Source: an uncultured Lachnospiraceae bacterium
GTDB lineage: Bacteria; Bacillota; Clostridia; Christensenellales; UBA1242
Length of the DNA stretch: 64,000 nt
Reading direction: 5' to 3'
NCBI GenBank assembly: GCA_964383665.1
Contig: CAYLHO010000003.1
Location: 25,537 to 89,536, forward strand
In this document: positions 1 to 10,100 of the stretch, piece after piece
Layout of the letters: every line of letters starts with the position of its first letter
Position numbering within the stretch: position 1 is the stretch's first letter
Program-made: the position numbers and the translations under genes
Notes under the pieces: generated by a model
The model's input: the letters and a program-made list of their open reading frames with translations, nothing else
Database searches by the model: none
Told to the model about the DNA's origin: nothing

Positions 1-323
1 ATCTATTTTTGCCTATACCAAGTATGGAAAAATTTCTATTAAAAAAACTTATTGTTGAAAAAGACGATGCATTTATTAAAACTATTTCAGATAAATATTT
101 CTGCGTTAATTCTTTAAAAGATATAATACAAGAATACAACTCTCAAAATAAAAATCAAAGTGATAAAAATGGCAAGTATTTGTACAGGAAAATTTTAGAC
201 GAACTAAATGACAGAAAAATATCCGAGAATGACTTTATACAGAATATTTGTAATGATATTATGAACTATGTTTCATTTGAAAAATTTAAGAACGACCTAA
301 ACAAAATATTAAATATTATATAA
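1..323 (+). CDS. 3' end of a gene cut by the window edge; possibly the C-terminus of an OLD/AAA-ATPase-type protein
   Basis: Frame is open to the window start; very AT-rich with TTA/ATA codons unlike core genes; the LPIPSMEKFL segment resembles TOPRIM-region ends; two hairpins follow. Confidence 0.4.
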   Translation, partial: LFLPIPSMEKFLLKKLIVEKDDAFIKTISDKYFCVNSLKDIIQEYNSQNKNQSDKNGKYLYRKILDELNDRKISENDFIQNICNDIMNYVSFEKFKNDLNKILNII

Positions 324-389
324 TATTCTATCCACTCAACCCCAACAAACACTTTTTGTTTTGGGGTTAAACATCAAGCCTTCCCGCCT

Positions 390-440
390 AAAAAAACCTA
401 AACCGAACAAAAAGATAGTTTGGTTTAGGTTTATTTTTTT
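390..440 (+). terminator. Intrinsic terminator (a second hairpin lies at 338-368)
   Basis: AAACCTAAACCGAAC / GTTTGGTTTAGGTTT stem followed by a T-run. Confidence 0.6.
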
Positions 441-706
441 ATTAAAATACATTAAAGGAGATTTTATGGCTGAATTTAAAGAAGATGATAACAAACAAGA
501 ATAAGTAGCTACTTTACGCCGTGAAAGGTGCTTGACAGCAAGGCAAAAAAACGGTTAAAATTGAGTTTTTTAAATCTTTTTGTTATTCAGCCGAAGCTTT
601 TAAAAAGAAAGAATTAGCATGACTGGGAGAAAAGCATTGGAGTTTTCACTGTTCGTTTCTGTTTGAAATTTTCTGTGATTATGATAAACTGATGTCAGGA
701 GGCTAA

Positions 707-1138
707 ATGGATATTTGGGAAAAGTTGTATGAAGCAGCCCGAAAAGAATTCCACCCAGAAGCAGTTTCTCCATTCATTGACGCTCATCATGTTGTTTGCG
801 CCATCGAGGCTGAAAACGGAGAAATATACACAGGCTTTTGCATTGAAGGGGCAAGCGGGGTTATGAATTTATGCGCCGAAAGAGTTGCTGGGCTTAACAT
901 GTACATTCAAAGTGGACAAACTGTTGTCAAGAGAATGCTTGCCTGCAGAAATGAACCACCAAAGGAAAATGGTGGAATGCCTTGCGGAACATGCAGAGAA
1001 TTTTTCTTGCAATTAAACGCAAAAAACAAAGACATGGAAATCATAACAGATTTTGAAAGCCGCAAAACCGTTACCTTGGGTGAATTAACACCAGGTTGGT
1101 GGGGCTGGAAGAGATACAATAAAATTGCGGGAGAATAG
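707..1138 (+). CDS. Cytidine deaminase family protein (Cys-type zinc site)
   Basis: CAE and PCGTCRE zinc/catalytic motifs; AGGAGG RBS. Confidence 0.85.
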   Translation: MDIWEKLYEAARKEFHPEAVSPFIDAHHVVCAIEAENGEIYTGFCIEGASGVMNLCAERVAGLNMYIQSGQTVVKRMLACRNEPPKENGGMPCGTCREFFLQLNAKNKDMEIITDFESRKTVTLGELTPGWWGWKRYNKIAGE

Positions 1139-1143
1139 TTTTT

Positions 1144-1695
1144 ATGAAATCTGTGGGAACACAAAAATTAATTTCAAATAGACTTATCTTGCGAAAATTT
1201 TCACAAAAAGATTCTAAAGAAATTTTTGAAGGTTTTAGAAATCAAAAAGAATTTTTGTATTATACAAATAAAAAGGCTATTACATTAGAAGAACAAATTG
1301 TTTCATTAAATGACATTGATGAAAAGTATAAAGATAAGAATTATTACAATTGGCTTATAACTCTTAAAAACACAAAGCAAATTATTGGTGCAATTAATTT
1401 TAATGTTAATTTACGAAATGATAGTGTTATAATTAACTATGCCATAGATAATCATTTTACTGGTAATGGATATATGACTGAAGCATTAGAGATTGTAAAA
1501 GATTTTGCATTCAACAAAATGAAAGTTCATCGTTTTGAAGGTGGTTGTGTTGTTACAAACATTGCTTCAAAAAGAGTTATGGAAAAATGCGGGCTTGTTC
1601 AAGAAGGTATTCTTAAAGATTATATAAAACTTTCCGACGGATATCATGATATGTTTATGTTTTCAATTATTAATGAAAATGAACAGTTTAATTAA
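1144..1695 (+). CDS. GNAT acetyltransferase, RimJ/RimL family
   Basis: RLILR N-terminus, GNGYMTEAL acetyl-CoA loop, NIASKRVMEKCG motif. Confidence 0.85.
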   Translation: MKSVGTQKLISNRLILRKFSQKDSKEIFEGFRNQKEFLYYTNKKAITLEEQIVSLNDIDEKYKDKNYYNWLITLKNTKQIIGAINFNVNLRNDSVIINYAIDNHFTGNGYMTEALEIVKDFAFNKMKVHRFEGGCVVTNIASKRVMEKCGLVQEGILKDYIKLSDGYHDMFMFSIINENEQFN

Positions 1696-1707
1696 TTTGA
1701 AAAACTT

Positions 1708-1738
1708 GAAGATGCTTTTCTTGTATCTTCTTTTTTTT
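1708..1738 (+). terminator. Intrinsic terminator
   Basis: GAAGATGC / GTATCTTC stem followed by T8. Confidence 0.6.
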
Positions 1739-1905
1739 CTTCTTGCAACAATTCTACGGTTCTATATGCAAAAACTCTGTAACATTCGCGTAAGTCATTT
1801 GCTTATAAAAACATAAATCCAACTGCTTTTAAGTTGCATTTACGAAAAATATTTGTTACAGTAAATTTCAGAGGGAAGAGATATACAAGATAGAAGGAGA
1901 CTAAT

Positions 1906-2283
1906 ATGTGTTTTAGAAAAAGAAAATGTGAATTTAATTTCAGCGAGTGGATTGACAATATTTTAAAGGATTTTAATTTGGAGGCAACGGCCTTCTGCTT
2001 CAATATTTATGAAAACGCAAAAGACTTCTCTGTTGAATTTGTTGCAACAGGTTCTTTCGACGAGGACGATGAAGACTGGGCTTGCGATGAAATTTTTGCA
2101 AGCAGAGAGCTTAACAACGAATTACACTTTGTTGCAAAGAATTGGAAAGATGCTTTTAAAATTGTTAAAGTTGCTGCAGAAAACTATTTAGCAACAGGAA
2201 CATACTCTGAAAAACTTAAAGCAGGAAAAGCGGTTGCTTGCGGATTTGTTGACGGAGATTTAGAAATTATTTATATGAAATAA
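1906..2283 (+). CDS. Acidic hypothetical protein
   Basis: AAGGAG RBS, 125 aa, motifs FNIYE, DEDWACDE, GFVDGDL. Confidence 0.7.
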   Translation: MCFRKRKCEFNFSEWIDNILKDFNLEATAFCFNIYENAKDFSVEFVATGSFDEDDEDWACDEIFASRELNNELHFVAKNWKDAFKIVKVAAENYLATGTYSEKLKAGKAVACGFVDGDLEIIYMK

Positions 2284-2378
2284 TTTTAAAATTATATAAA
2301 AATTAATAAAAAAACAAAAAATCAAGAGTTTTCCTTGATTTTTTTAACATTTTTTGTGCTTTTTTAATATATTTTAGT

Positions 2379-2840
2379 ATGTTTAATAATAGAAATAATT
2401 TTTTAAATCCCCCATTTGTTGGGCGACCTTTTGCGATCGCAAAAATTTTTGGAAACGATGAAAATGAAAACCTTAAGGGAACTGTTAAATTCTTCAATTC
2501 AAAACTTGGAGTTTTTGTTTTAAGCGAGATACATAATCTTCCAGAAACCGAAACAAATTTTTTCGGAATGCACATTCATGAGAATGGGGAATGCACGGGA
2601 AATTTTGATTCGGCTGGCGGTCATTTTGGAACTGGACCGCACCCAACTCATGCAGGTGACATTACTCCTCTTCTTTCCGCAAATGGAACCGCATTATCTC
2701 TTGTTTTAACCAACAGATTCAACCCAAACGAAATTATTGGGAAATCTGTTATAATCCATCAATCCCCTGACGATTTCACAACCCAGCCCTCGGGCAATTC
2801 GGGCGCAAGAATTGGCTGTGGGGTTATTGAAAAAATATAG
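2379..2840 (+). CDS. sodC: Cu/Zn superoxide dismutase family protein, no signal peptide
   Basis: HIHE, GGHF, HPTHAGD, IIHQSPDD and GARIGCG ligand motifs all present. Confidence 0.9.
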   Translation: MFNNRNNFLNPPFVGRPFAIAKIFGNDENENLKGTVKFFNSKLGVFVLSEIHNLPETETNFFGMHIHENGECTGNFDSAGGHFGTGPHPTHAGDITPLLSANGTALSLVLTNRFNPNEIIGKSVIIHQSPDDFTTQPSGNSGARIGCGVIEKI

Positions 2841-2893
2841 CCCTGTTGACTTCTCTCATTAAAAATGGTAACATTTAAATGAGAGGAAAAGAT

Positions 2894-3391
2894 ATGAAAC
2901 TATCATGGCACGAAAAAGAAGTTCCAAGCAACTTAAAAATTAGGCAGGTTTATGGCGTTCTTTTCACAAACGACAAAAGAATTCTTTTGATGAAAAAAAT
3001 GATTGACAACAAGCCTTTTTACTCTCTTTCTGGCGGGACTCCAGAAAGTTACGACGAAAATCTTGTTGCAACGCTTCGCCGAGAACTTGTTGAAGAGATT
3101 AACACAACAATTGAAGATCCAATTTATCTTGGCTATCAAGAGGTTGACCTTGAAAATGGAACTGAACCCTTTGCACAGGTTAGAATGGTTGCAAAAATTC
3201 GCACAATTGGAGAGTCCCTTCCAGACCCAGATTCGGGAATTACTTATGACAGGATTTTAACTCCACCCAAGTTTGCCGGCAAAACCCTTAACTGGGGCGA
3301 AATTGGCAACAGAATTATTGAAATAGCAACAATTGTTGCAGAAGAAAATTTTACATTCGGAAATGAAAGCGATGTTGAGGAATATGTTTAA
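2894..3391 (+). CDS. Nudix hydrolase
   Basis: Nudix box GGTPESYDENLVATLRRELVEE; start moved to the ATG behind a GAGG RBS. Confidence 0.85.
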   Translation: MKLSWHEKEVPSNLKIRQVYGVLFTNDKRILLMKKMIDNKPFYSLSGGTPESYDENLVATLRRELVEEINTTIEDPIYLGYQEVDLENGTEPFAQVRMVAKIRTIGESLPDPDSGITYDRILTPPKFAGKTLNWGEIGNRIIEIATIVAEENFTFGNESDVEEYV

Positions 3392-3466
3392 GCATAACAA
3401 TTGTTATGCTTTTTTCTTTAAAATCCAGTAAATTTATAGTAAAATATTGAAAGGAGGAAAAATTTA

Positions 3467-3778
3467 ATGCAAAATAAGGTTAAAGAATTTAATGAGAAAA
3501 TGCAATGCCACAGAAAACCAATCCCCGCGAGTTCAAGACTTTTGGATATTGAAAGCGAAGTTGGCGAACTTTCAAAGGAGTTTTTAAAAGCCTCAAGATA
3601 TGGAACAGAAGATTTTGTTTTAACAGAGTCGTTTAAAATGGAGTTTGGGGACGTTCTCTATTCTCTACTTGCCCTTGCAAATGAATGCGGACTAAACGCA
3701 GAAGAAGCCCTTTCAATGGCTCTTGAAAAGTATCTTTCAAGGATAAACAAAAATAACAATATGGGAAGCGGAAGATAA
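3467..3778 (+). CDS. MazG-like nucleotide pyrophosphohydrolase
   Basis: EVGELSKE ... EFGDVLY motif; AAGGAGG RBS. Confidence 0.85.
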   Translation: MQNKVKEFNEKMQCHRKPIPASSRLLDIESEVGELSKEFLKASRYGTEDFVLTESFKMEFGDVLYSLLALANECGLNAEEALSMALEKYLSRINKNNNMGSGR

Positions 3779-3806
3779 AAAACAGGGAGTTTTTCCCTGT
3801 TTTTTT
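3778..3806. terminator. Bidirectional terminator between the mazG-like gene and tilS
   Basis: AAAAACAGGGA / TCCCTGTTTTT. Confidence 0.7.
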
Positions 3807-5139
3807 ATGCTTTTTTATCGATTATATATGCTTGTTTTGTTGTTTCATCAAGTTTAACTTTTTCGCTTATCCCAACCCCGGCAACAACAAAGATTTCATT
3901 TTCCAAAGCGAGAACCGGAAGACAGTCTCTTTGGCGAAGAGGAACTTTCTTTTGAGTAAGATAAGTTTTAAGCTTTTGAGTTCCGCCGCCAAATTTAGTT
4001 ATGACGTCCCCTTCCCTTCTGAAACGCCAAGCCGCACCTTTTGGAAGTTTCTTTGCGTCAATTACTAAAGTTTCCTCATTAATTTCTGGTTTATTTGTTT
4101 TCTTAACAACAAGTTTGCCAAAGTCTTCAACAGGAAAAGTTCCACATTTAAACTCAAGATTCAAAATCTTAACTTCTTTTTGCTCATTCGTTAATGTTAC
4201 GTAGTCATATTCCTTATGAACCGAAACTTCCATTGGGAGTTTAATCTTTGCCCCATTTTGACCATTTAAAGCAAGATTTTTAATTAATTCAATATGTTTT
4301 CTTTCAATGTCTTTATAAATTCCAATCATATCCAGGGCTTTAAAAACAAGACGAGATGAAAGCGAAGATGCGCCAACGAAGCATGCACACGGAATTTTAA
4401 CTGTTTTGCTGTTTTCCAAAATTAACGCCTCGCTCATAACTTGACTTGAAATGAAATTATCGTCCTCTTTGCATGCATTTGCAAATGAATTAAGCGCCTC
4501 AACAGCGTTTGGAAAACGCGCTGTTATCATTGGCATAACTTTGTTTCGAATGTAGTTTCTTTGATAAACATCTTCTTTGTTTGTTTCGTCTTCAACAAAA
4601 GCGATATCATTATCGTTAATGTATCTTTGAATTTCACTTCTTTTTGTTTCAAGCATTGGACGGATATACATTCCGCGTTTTTCATATTCCATTCCTCTTG
4701 CTCCAGAAAGACCTGAACCCCTTAAAAGATGAAGCAAAATTGTTTCAGCCTGGTCTTCAGCATGGTGAGCAAGCGCAACTTTATCGATTATTCCCTTTTT
4801 AACAAGCGACTCAAAAACGCCATATCTTGCTTCTCTTGCTGCCGTTTCAATTGACTGGTTTTTTTGACTTGCCAAAAGCGCAACATCAATTTTAAATTTA
4901 TATGCACGAATATGATTTCTTTTGCAATAGTTCATAACGAACATTGCATCGTTCCCGCTTGTTTCGCGAAGAGAATGGTCAACATGAATTGCAACAACTT
5001 CGAAATCTAACTCATTTTGCAAAGACGAAAGATAATGCAAAAGAGCCATTGAATCTCTTCCCCCGCTAACTGCAACGCCAATTGTGTCGCCGCGTTTAAT
5101 TAAGTTAAGTTTTTTAATGTTCTCTAAAATGTGTTCCAT
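3805..5139 (-). CDS. tilS: tRNA(Ile)-lysidine synthase
   Basis: VAVSGGRDS PP-loop, HHAEDQAET, RNYIR, C-terminal TilS domain. Confidence 0.95.
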   Translation of the reverse strand: MEHILENIKKLNLIKRGDTIGVAVSGGRDSMALLHYLSSLQNELDFEVVAIHVDHSLRETSGNDAMFVMNYCKRNHIRAYKFKIDVALLASQKNQSIETAAREARYGVFESLVKKGIIDKVALAHHAEDQAETILLHLLRGSGLSGARGMEYEKRGMYIRPMLETKRSEIQRYINDNDIAFVEDETNKEDVYQRNYIRNKVMPMITARFPNAVEALNSFANACKEDDNFISSQVMSEALILENSKTVKIPCACFVGASSLSSRLVFKALDMIGIYKDIERKHIELIKNLALNGQNGAKIKLPMEVSVHKEYDYVTLTNEQKEVKILNLEFKCGTFPVEDFGKLVVKKTNKPEINEETLVIDAKKLPKGAAWRFRREGDVITKFGGGTQKLKTYLTQKKVPLRQRDCLPVLALENEIFVVAGVGISEKVKLDETTKQAYIIDKKA

Positions 5140-5292
5140 ATTTTTTCCTCTTTTATAACGAGATATATTATAAAGGATAAAAATAATATTTCAAGAGATA
5201 TTTACTCATTTTTTAAAATTTTTTGTTGAAACAAGAAAAATTTTCTGTTTTGACGTTATTTTTTTAGATAATTTACAAATTTTTATAAAGGT

Positions 5293-5299
5293 TTCGACA
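5293..5299. promoter_or_regulatory. Spo0A box upstream of spo0A
   Basis: TTCGACA, the reverse complement of TGTCGAA; a near-match ATCGACA lies at 5394-5400. Confidence 0.6.
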
Positions 5300-5426
5300 T
5301 TTTGTTTCATTTGTTTACATTATTCGAGTTTATTTGCAAAAATATTTTATCAAAAACATTCTCTTTAAAATCGGTTTGTGCTAACCTTTAATTATCGACA
5401 CGACGGGAAGTTAGGAGGACACAAAA

Positions 5427-6236
5427 TTGAGTGAAGAAAATTTTAAAACAAAATTATTTATTGCAGATTGCAATGTAGAGTTAAGAAAAACAATTTCCGA
5501 AACTTTTAAGAAAGATAAGGGTTTTGAAATTGTTGGAGAAAGCGGCGACGGGCTTGAAACGTTTGATGCACTTAAGAAGGTTAACGCCGATGTTCTTATT
5601 ATGGATTTAGTTTTGCCGGGGCTCGATGGATTTGCGCTTATTGAAAGCATAACTAAAACAAATGAAATAATGAAAAAGCCAAAAATTGTTATAACATCTT
5701 CTTTAACGCATGAGGGATTTATTAACAAAGCGATGCAGCTTGGGGTTAACTATTTCATGATTAAACCAATTAACGAAAACGTTTTGCTTGACAGGGTTAA
5801 AGAAGTTTGCGCAGAAAAAACCAAACAAATTTCAACCGTTTTCTCAAAAGATGTTACAATTGAAAACGCAAGCGAAAAATATAAGGCAAAAATTATTGAA
5901 GAAAAAATTACCAACATCTTTATAACGGTTGGAATTCCTGCCCACATTAAAGGTTATCAATTTTTGCGCGAAGCAATTAAGCTTGCAATCGACAACCCAG
6001 AAATCATTAATTCAATAACAAAGCAACTTTACCCTGCAATTGCTGAAAAATTTGAAACAAGCGCAAGCAAAGTTGAGCGCGCAATTAGGCACGCAATTGA
6101 AGTTGCATGGAATCGCGGAAAAATTGAAAACATAAACTCAATTTTTGGCCTTCGAGTTTACAGCAGCAACGAAAAACCAACCAACGGCGAGTTCATCGCT
6201 CTTGTTGCCGACAAAATGATTATTGAAGGCGCATAA
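5427..6236 (+). CDS. spo0A: Sporulation master regulator Spo0A
   Basis: Receiver domain plus GIPAHIKGYQFLREAI, SKVERAIRHAIEVAW and KPTNGEFIA signatures; AGGAGG RBS, TTG start. Confidence 0.97.
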   Translation: MSEENFKTKLFIADCNVELRKTISETFKKDKGFEIVGESGDGLETFDALKKVNADVLIMDLVLPGLDGFALIESITKTNEIMKKPKIVITSSLTHEGFINKAMQLGVNYFMIKPINENVLLDRVKEVCAEKTKQISTVFSKDVTIENASEKYKAKIIEEKITNIFITVGIPAHIKGYQFLREAIKLAIDNPEIINSITKQLYPAIAEKFETSASKVERAIRHAIEVAWNRGKIENINSIFGLRVYSSNEKPTNGEFIALVADKMIIEGA

Positions 6237-6306
6237 ATTTAAAAATCTTCCTTTTATTCTTTATAAAAAAAACAAGGCACTTGTCCTTGTTTTTTTATTA
6301 CATAAT

Positions 6307-6651
6307 TTAATTGTTTTCAGATTCAGCTTTTTCCGCTTCGTCAAGAAGTTGATAATATTTGTCGAAAACGCGAATTGCTGTTTCTTCATCTTTTTCAACA
6401 AGCAAAACAGTGTTCCCATCTTCATCATAGTCTGCAAGGAAAACAATTGCTTCGTCGTCGGCAACGCCTTCAAGTTCGTCAATTGGTTTCAAAATTGCAT
6501 AAATTTTTTCGTTATCTGGAATAACTGCAACTTGTTCAAATTGAACTCCTTTATCTTCTTCGTCATAAAGGGTTATTGGATCATCGTTATTCTCGTCAAG
6601 CAAGATATCTAAAATATCCAATTCCTCTTGTGCTGTTTCATTTTTTGCCAT
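6307..6651 (-). CDS. DUF1292-family acidic protein
   Basis: ITLYDEEDKGVQFE pattern; canonical position downstream of ruvX. Confidence 0.8.
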   Translation of the reverse strand: MAKNETAQEELDILDILLDENNDDPITLYDEEDKGVQFEQVAVIPDNEKIYAILKPIDELEGVADDEAIVFLADYDEDGNTVLLVEKDEETAIRVFDKYYQLLDEAEKAESENN

Positions 6652-6684
6652 ATTTAACCTCCAAAAAATTTATATTTAAAATAG

Positions 6685-7101
6685 TTAGCATCTATTTAAA
6701 TAACTTTCCAAAATTAATGCTGCCGCAACTTTGTCGATAACTTGTTTGCGTTTTTCGCGGCGCATTCCCGATTGGATTAACATTTCTTCCGCCTCAACAG
6801 ATGTTAATCTTTCATCAACATAAACAATTTCAAGCCCGCACGTTTCTTTTAATCTTTCCCCAAATTCACGCGTTTTAAAAGCCCTTTCGCCTTCTGTTCC
6901 GTCCATGTTCATTGGAAGTCCAAGAACGATTTTTGAAACTTCATGTTCCCTTGTAAGATTTTTAAAAAACTCAAGGTCGGTTTGTTCATCTTTTCTTTTG
7001 TATGTTTCAAACGGCGATGCAATTGTTAAAAGCAAGTCGGAAAAAGCAATTCCAATTCTAACTTCGCCATAATCAAGAGCCATAATTCTTCCGTTTTTCA
7101 C
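6685..7101 (-). CDS. ruvX: Holliday junction resolvase-like / pre-16S rRNA nuclease YqgF
   Basis: ALDYGEVRIGIA, GLPMNMDG, VDERLTS, DKVAAALIL. Confidence 0.95.
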   Translation of the reverse strand: MKNGRIMALDYGEVRIGIAFSDLLLTIASPFETYKRKDEQTDLEFFKNLTREHEVSKIVLGLPMNMDGTEGERAFKTREFGERLKETCGLEIVYVDERLTSVEAEEMLIQSGMRREKRKQVIDKVAAALILESYLNRC

Positions 7102-7166
7102 AAAATTATTATTACATAAAAAAAACTTTTATGCAAATGTTTAACATAAAAGTTTTTTCAATTAGA

Positions 7167-10100
7167 TTATTCGCCTGCTTTAATTTCCCAGGTTATTGTT
7201 ATTGTTCCATCAATGTTGTTCGCAAGGTCGCTATTCCAACGAGATGTTTTCTTATCTTTCAATTGCAAAGTTACCGAGTAAACTCCAATTGCTGATGCTT
7301 TCGCATCTCCAGAAACAATTTCATATTCGTCTGTTTCTTCAACAGCAACTTTTTCTGAGCCATCAAACGTGAATGTCTCAATCTCTGGAACGTCAATCAT
7401 GTTAAGATTATTTTGATCTTGATAGATTCCATTAAGTCCTTCAATTGCTGTTAAATATGGAGCAATTCCTTCCTCATATGTCCAGCCTGTTGATGCACTT
7501 ATGTTGAAATCCATATCTTGGAATGCTTTAATTCCAACTGTTGACTTAATTTCGCTGTTTGTTAAGTATTTAACCGTTTGTCCTTTATAAGGAATTAGTG
7601 CTTTGCTTTCCTTTGCAGTTGTTGCGCCGTCACTTGGGTTTTTGTTAATTAAAACATTGTTAACAGTTCCAAGCATGTTGTCTTTGTTTGCCCAAGATGT
7701 TACCCAGTTTACCATGCCTTCACGAGTGTTTGTTTTCGATTCGAAATATGATGTTCCGCCAATAAATTCGCAAGCAACATAGCATTTTTCAATCTTTGCT
7801 GGGTGGCGAATTTCAAGAGCAAGCCCTGCAAGTTCTGACGCCTCACCCGCTGCTTCCAATTTCATTTTTGTGTATGAATTCTCAACAGCTCCGCCAATTC
7901 CGTCGGCGGTGAACGCCATGTAAACAGCAAAACCTCCAACTTTGTTTCCCTTAATTGTTCCAAGGTTATAGCTTTCGCTAACCGATCCAATGAGATATGG
8001 AGCAAAACCTGCTGCTATATTGCATTCAATTGAAATGTTTGTTAAGGATTGTTCAACTGAGCCATTTGCAGTTATATATCCAGCAATTCCACCTGCAATT
8101 TGAGATCCGTTTGCTGTTGAAGCAACAATCATACCCATTGAAGAACCTTCTTCCAAGCCAACTGAACAACGGCGGATTTTTCCATTGTTAATTCCAACAA
8201 TTCCGCCAAAGAATGCACGGCAAGTTGATTGATCTTCAATTTTTAATTTAATTATTGAGCTTCCTTCAACAATTCCTGTATTATATCCAACAATTCCGCC
8301 AAATATTTTTGCAGACGCTTTTACTGTTTCCTCGCCAGTTACAACGCTTGAAGAATCAATTGTTTTTCCTGTTATGATGAAATAGTTTTGAACTTGAATT
8401 CCACTTATTGTTCCATGGTTAATTGCTGCGGTTGACCCTGCATAAACATTTCCACCTTCTTTGTTTGAAGAGATTGTGTTAATGTTGGATCCGTTCGAGT
8501 CGATGTTAATTCCACCATTTGTGTTTGAGATAATTCCATAGTTAACGGAAACAATTCCGCCAGCATAAGAAGCATCTTCAATTTTTACGTTTATGATTGC
8601 ACAATTTGTTATTTTTCCATAGTTAACTGCTGCAATTCCACCTGCGTATTCAACGTTCTTAATTGAAACGTTTTCAACTGTTAAATTTTTAACTTCTGCT
8701 GTTGTTCCAAGTTGTCCAAAGAATCCAGCAAATTCTCTTGTTTGATAAACATGGCTTGAAGGCAATGTTATCTTATGACCATTTCCGTCGAAAGTTCCAC
8801 TGAAAGTGAATTTCCCGCCGCCAATTGGTTCTAAATTTTCAATTCCATCAAGGTTGATGTCAACGTTTAAAACATAGTTTTGACGAAGCCAATATCTTCT
8901 TGCAATATCAGAAATTGCGCTTGATGTCATTTTTGTGTAGTATTCAATAAAGTCTTCTTTAGATTCAATCTTATATGTGTCTTGTTCAAAATAAGTTGCA
9001 GTTTCCATTCCAAGTTCATTAATTCTTGGAGCTTCGCCTTCAACAATCGACCAAGCTGAAAGTGCTTCACCAATGCTCCACTTTTCGGAAGGGTCTGTCA
9101 TGTATGTTGATTCTTTCTTAAGCTCACTTTCGGTTATTAATGTTGTTGCATTTGGAAAAGATGACCCACCTTTTGTCATTGTGTTATTTGGTGAGTAGAA
9201 ATAGTTTCCAATAACTCTTTGAGCCGCTGGAGTTCCATTAAATGAGTCGACATATTGAACTGAAAGTGGGAGATTCCCAATGATTCCCTTGCTTTCGTTT
9301 GTTTTATTGTTTATAGATACAATTGCAAGATTGTTTTTGATAAATGGGTAAATTGTTGCAACAACTGTTGAGCCATCTGTTATATCGAGTTTGTTGAGAC
9401 TATCTGCTTCTGCAGTTCCTCCAGCAATTCCACCAATATGAATTGAAATTCCTCTTGAATCAATTCCCTTCTCTTTATTCCCTTTAATGAAATGTAAAGA
9501 TTTGTCTGCAATAGATTTTTCAATGTCGAAAGTTACTTCTGCTTTATTATTATGAACTGTTGTTCCTAAAACATATCCGGTTATTCCTCCAACTTCAAAG
9601 AGAACAAGATCTTTCCCTTCAACAATTGATGCAGCTGTTTCCAATGTCCCAATTTCACCTTGGAAAGTGCACATTGAAACAATTCCTCTGTCGGCAAGTG
9701 CTGTTGTTCCGTCGTATCCAGCGAAAACACCTTCGGCTGCACCAACAATTCCGCCAATGAAGCAAAAACTTGATGAACCTGTTGTTGAATATGGCGCAGC
9801 ATGAATTAATCCGTTTTGAACTTCAACTTTCGATATTGTTGAGCCGCTGCTCATTGCAGCAACAACGCCAACAAAGTTGAATTGTCCGCGAATTATTGGG
9901 TTAACAAAAGTTAAGTTTGAAACTGTTGCCAAACTGCTGATGTATGTGAAAAATCCTGCAAACTCTTGGTTTGTTGTAATTTCCATTCCAGAAATTTTGA
10001 ATGGGTGTTGATTTCCTTCAAGTTTTCCTGTAAAAGGAACATTTGGGTCTTGGCAAAGAGGAACCCATTCTTTTGTTAAAGTGATGTCGCAAAGAACTTT

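Noticed and set aside
334-372. ACTCAAC...GTTAAAC resembling integron attC ends
   Set aside because: Only 39 bp, too short for attC; no similar sites after neighbouring genes; a terminator-like hairpin explains it
505-525. Reads VATLRRE, identical to part of the Nudix box at about 3064-3084
   Set aside because: DNA differs at most third positions and the flanks do not align; treated as coincidence
628-1721. 10-bp inverted repeat AGAAAAGCAT/ATGCTTTTCT flanking the deaminase and GNAT genes
   Set aside because: Short, AT-rich, one copy is part of a terminator, and no transposase or target duplication is present
3390-3411. Loop-less palindromes centred on AATT (also about 16314 and 50796) as a repeat family
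   Set aside because: The arms differ between copies and all sit at gene 3' ends with A/T tails, so they are ordinary terminators
6223-6612. Antisense shadow ORFs in the track (e.g. 6223-6612, 19400-19687, 20691-21260, 30767-31201, 31621-32013)
   Set aside because: They lie opposite well-supported genes and lack an RBS or motifs; codon bias of the sense gene explains them
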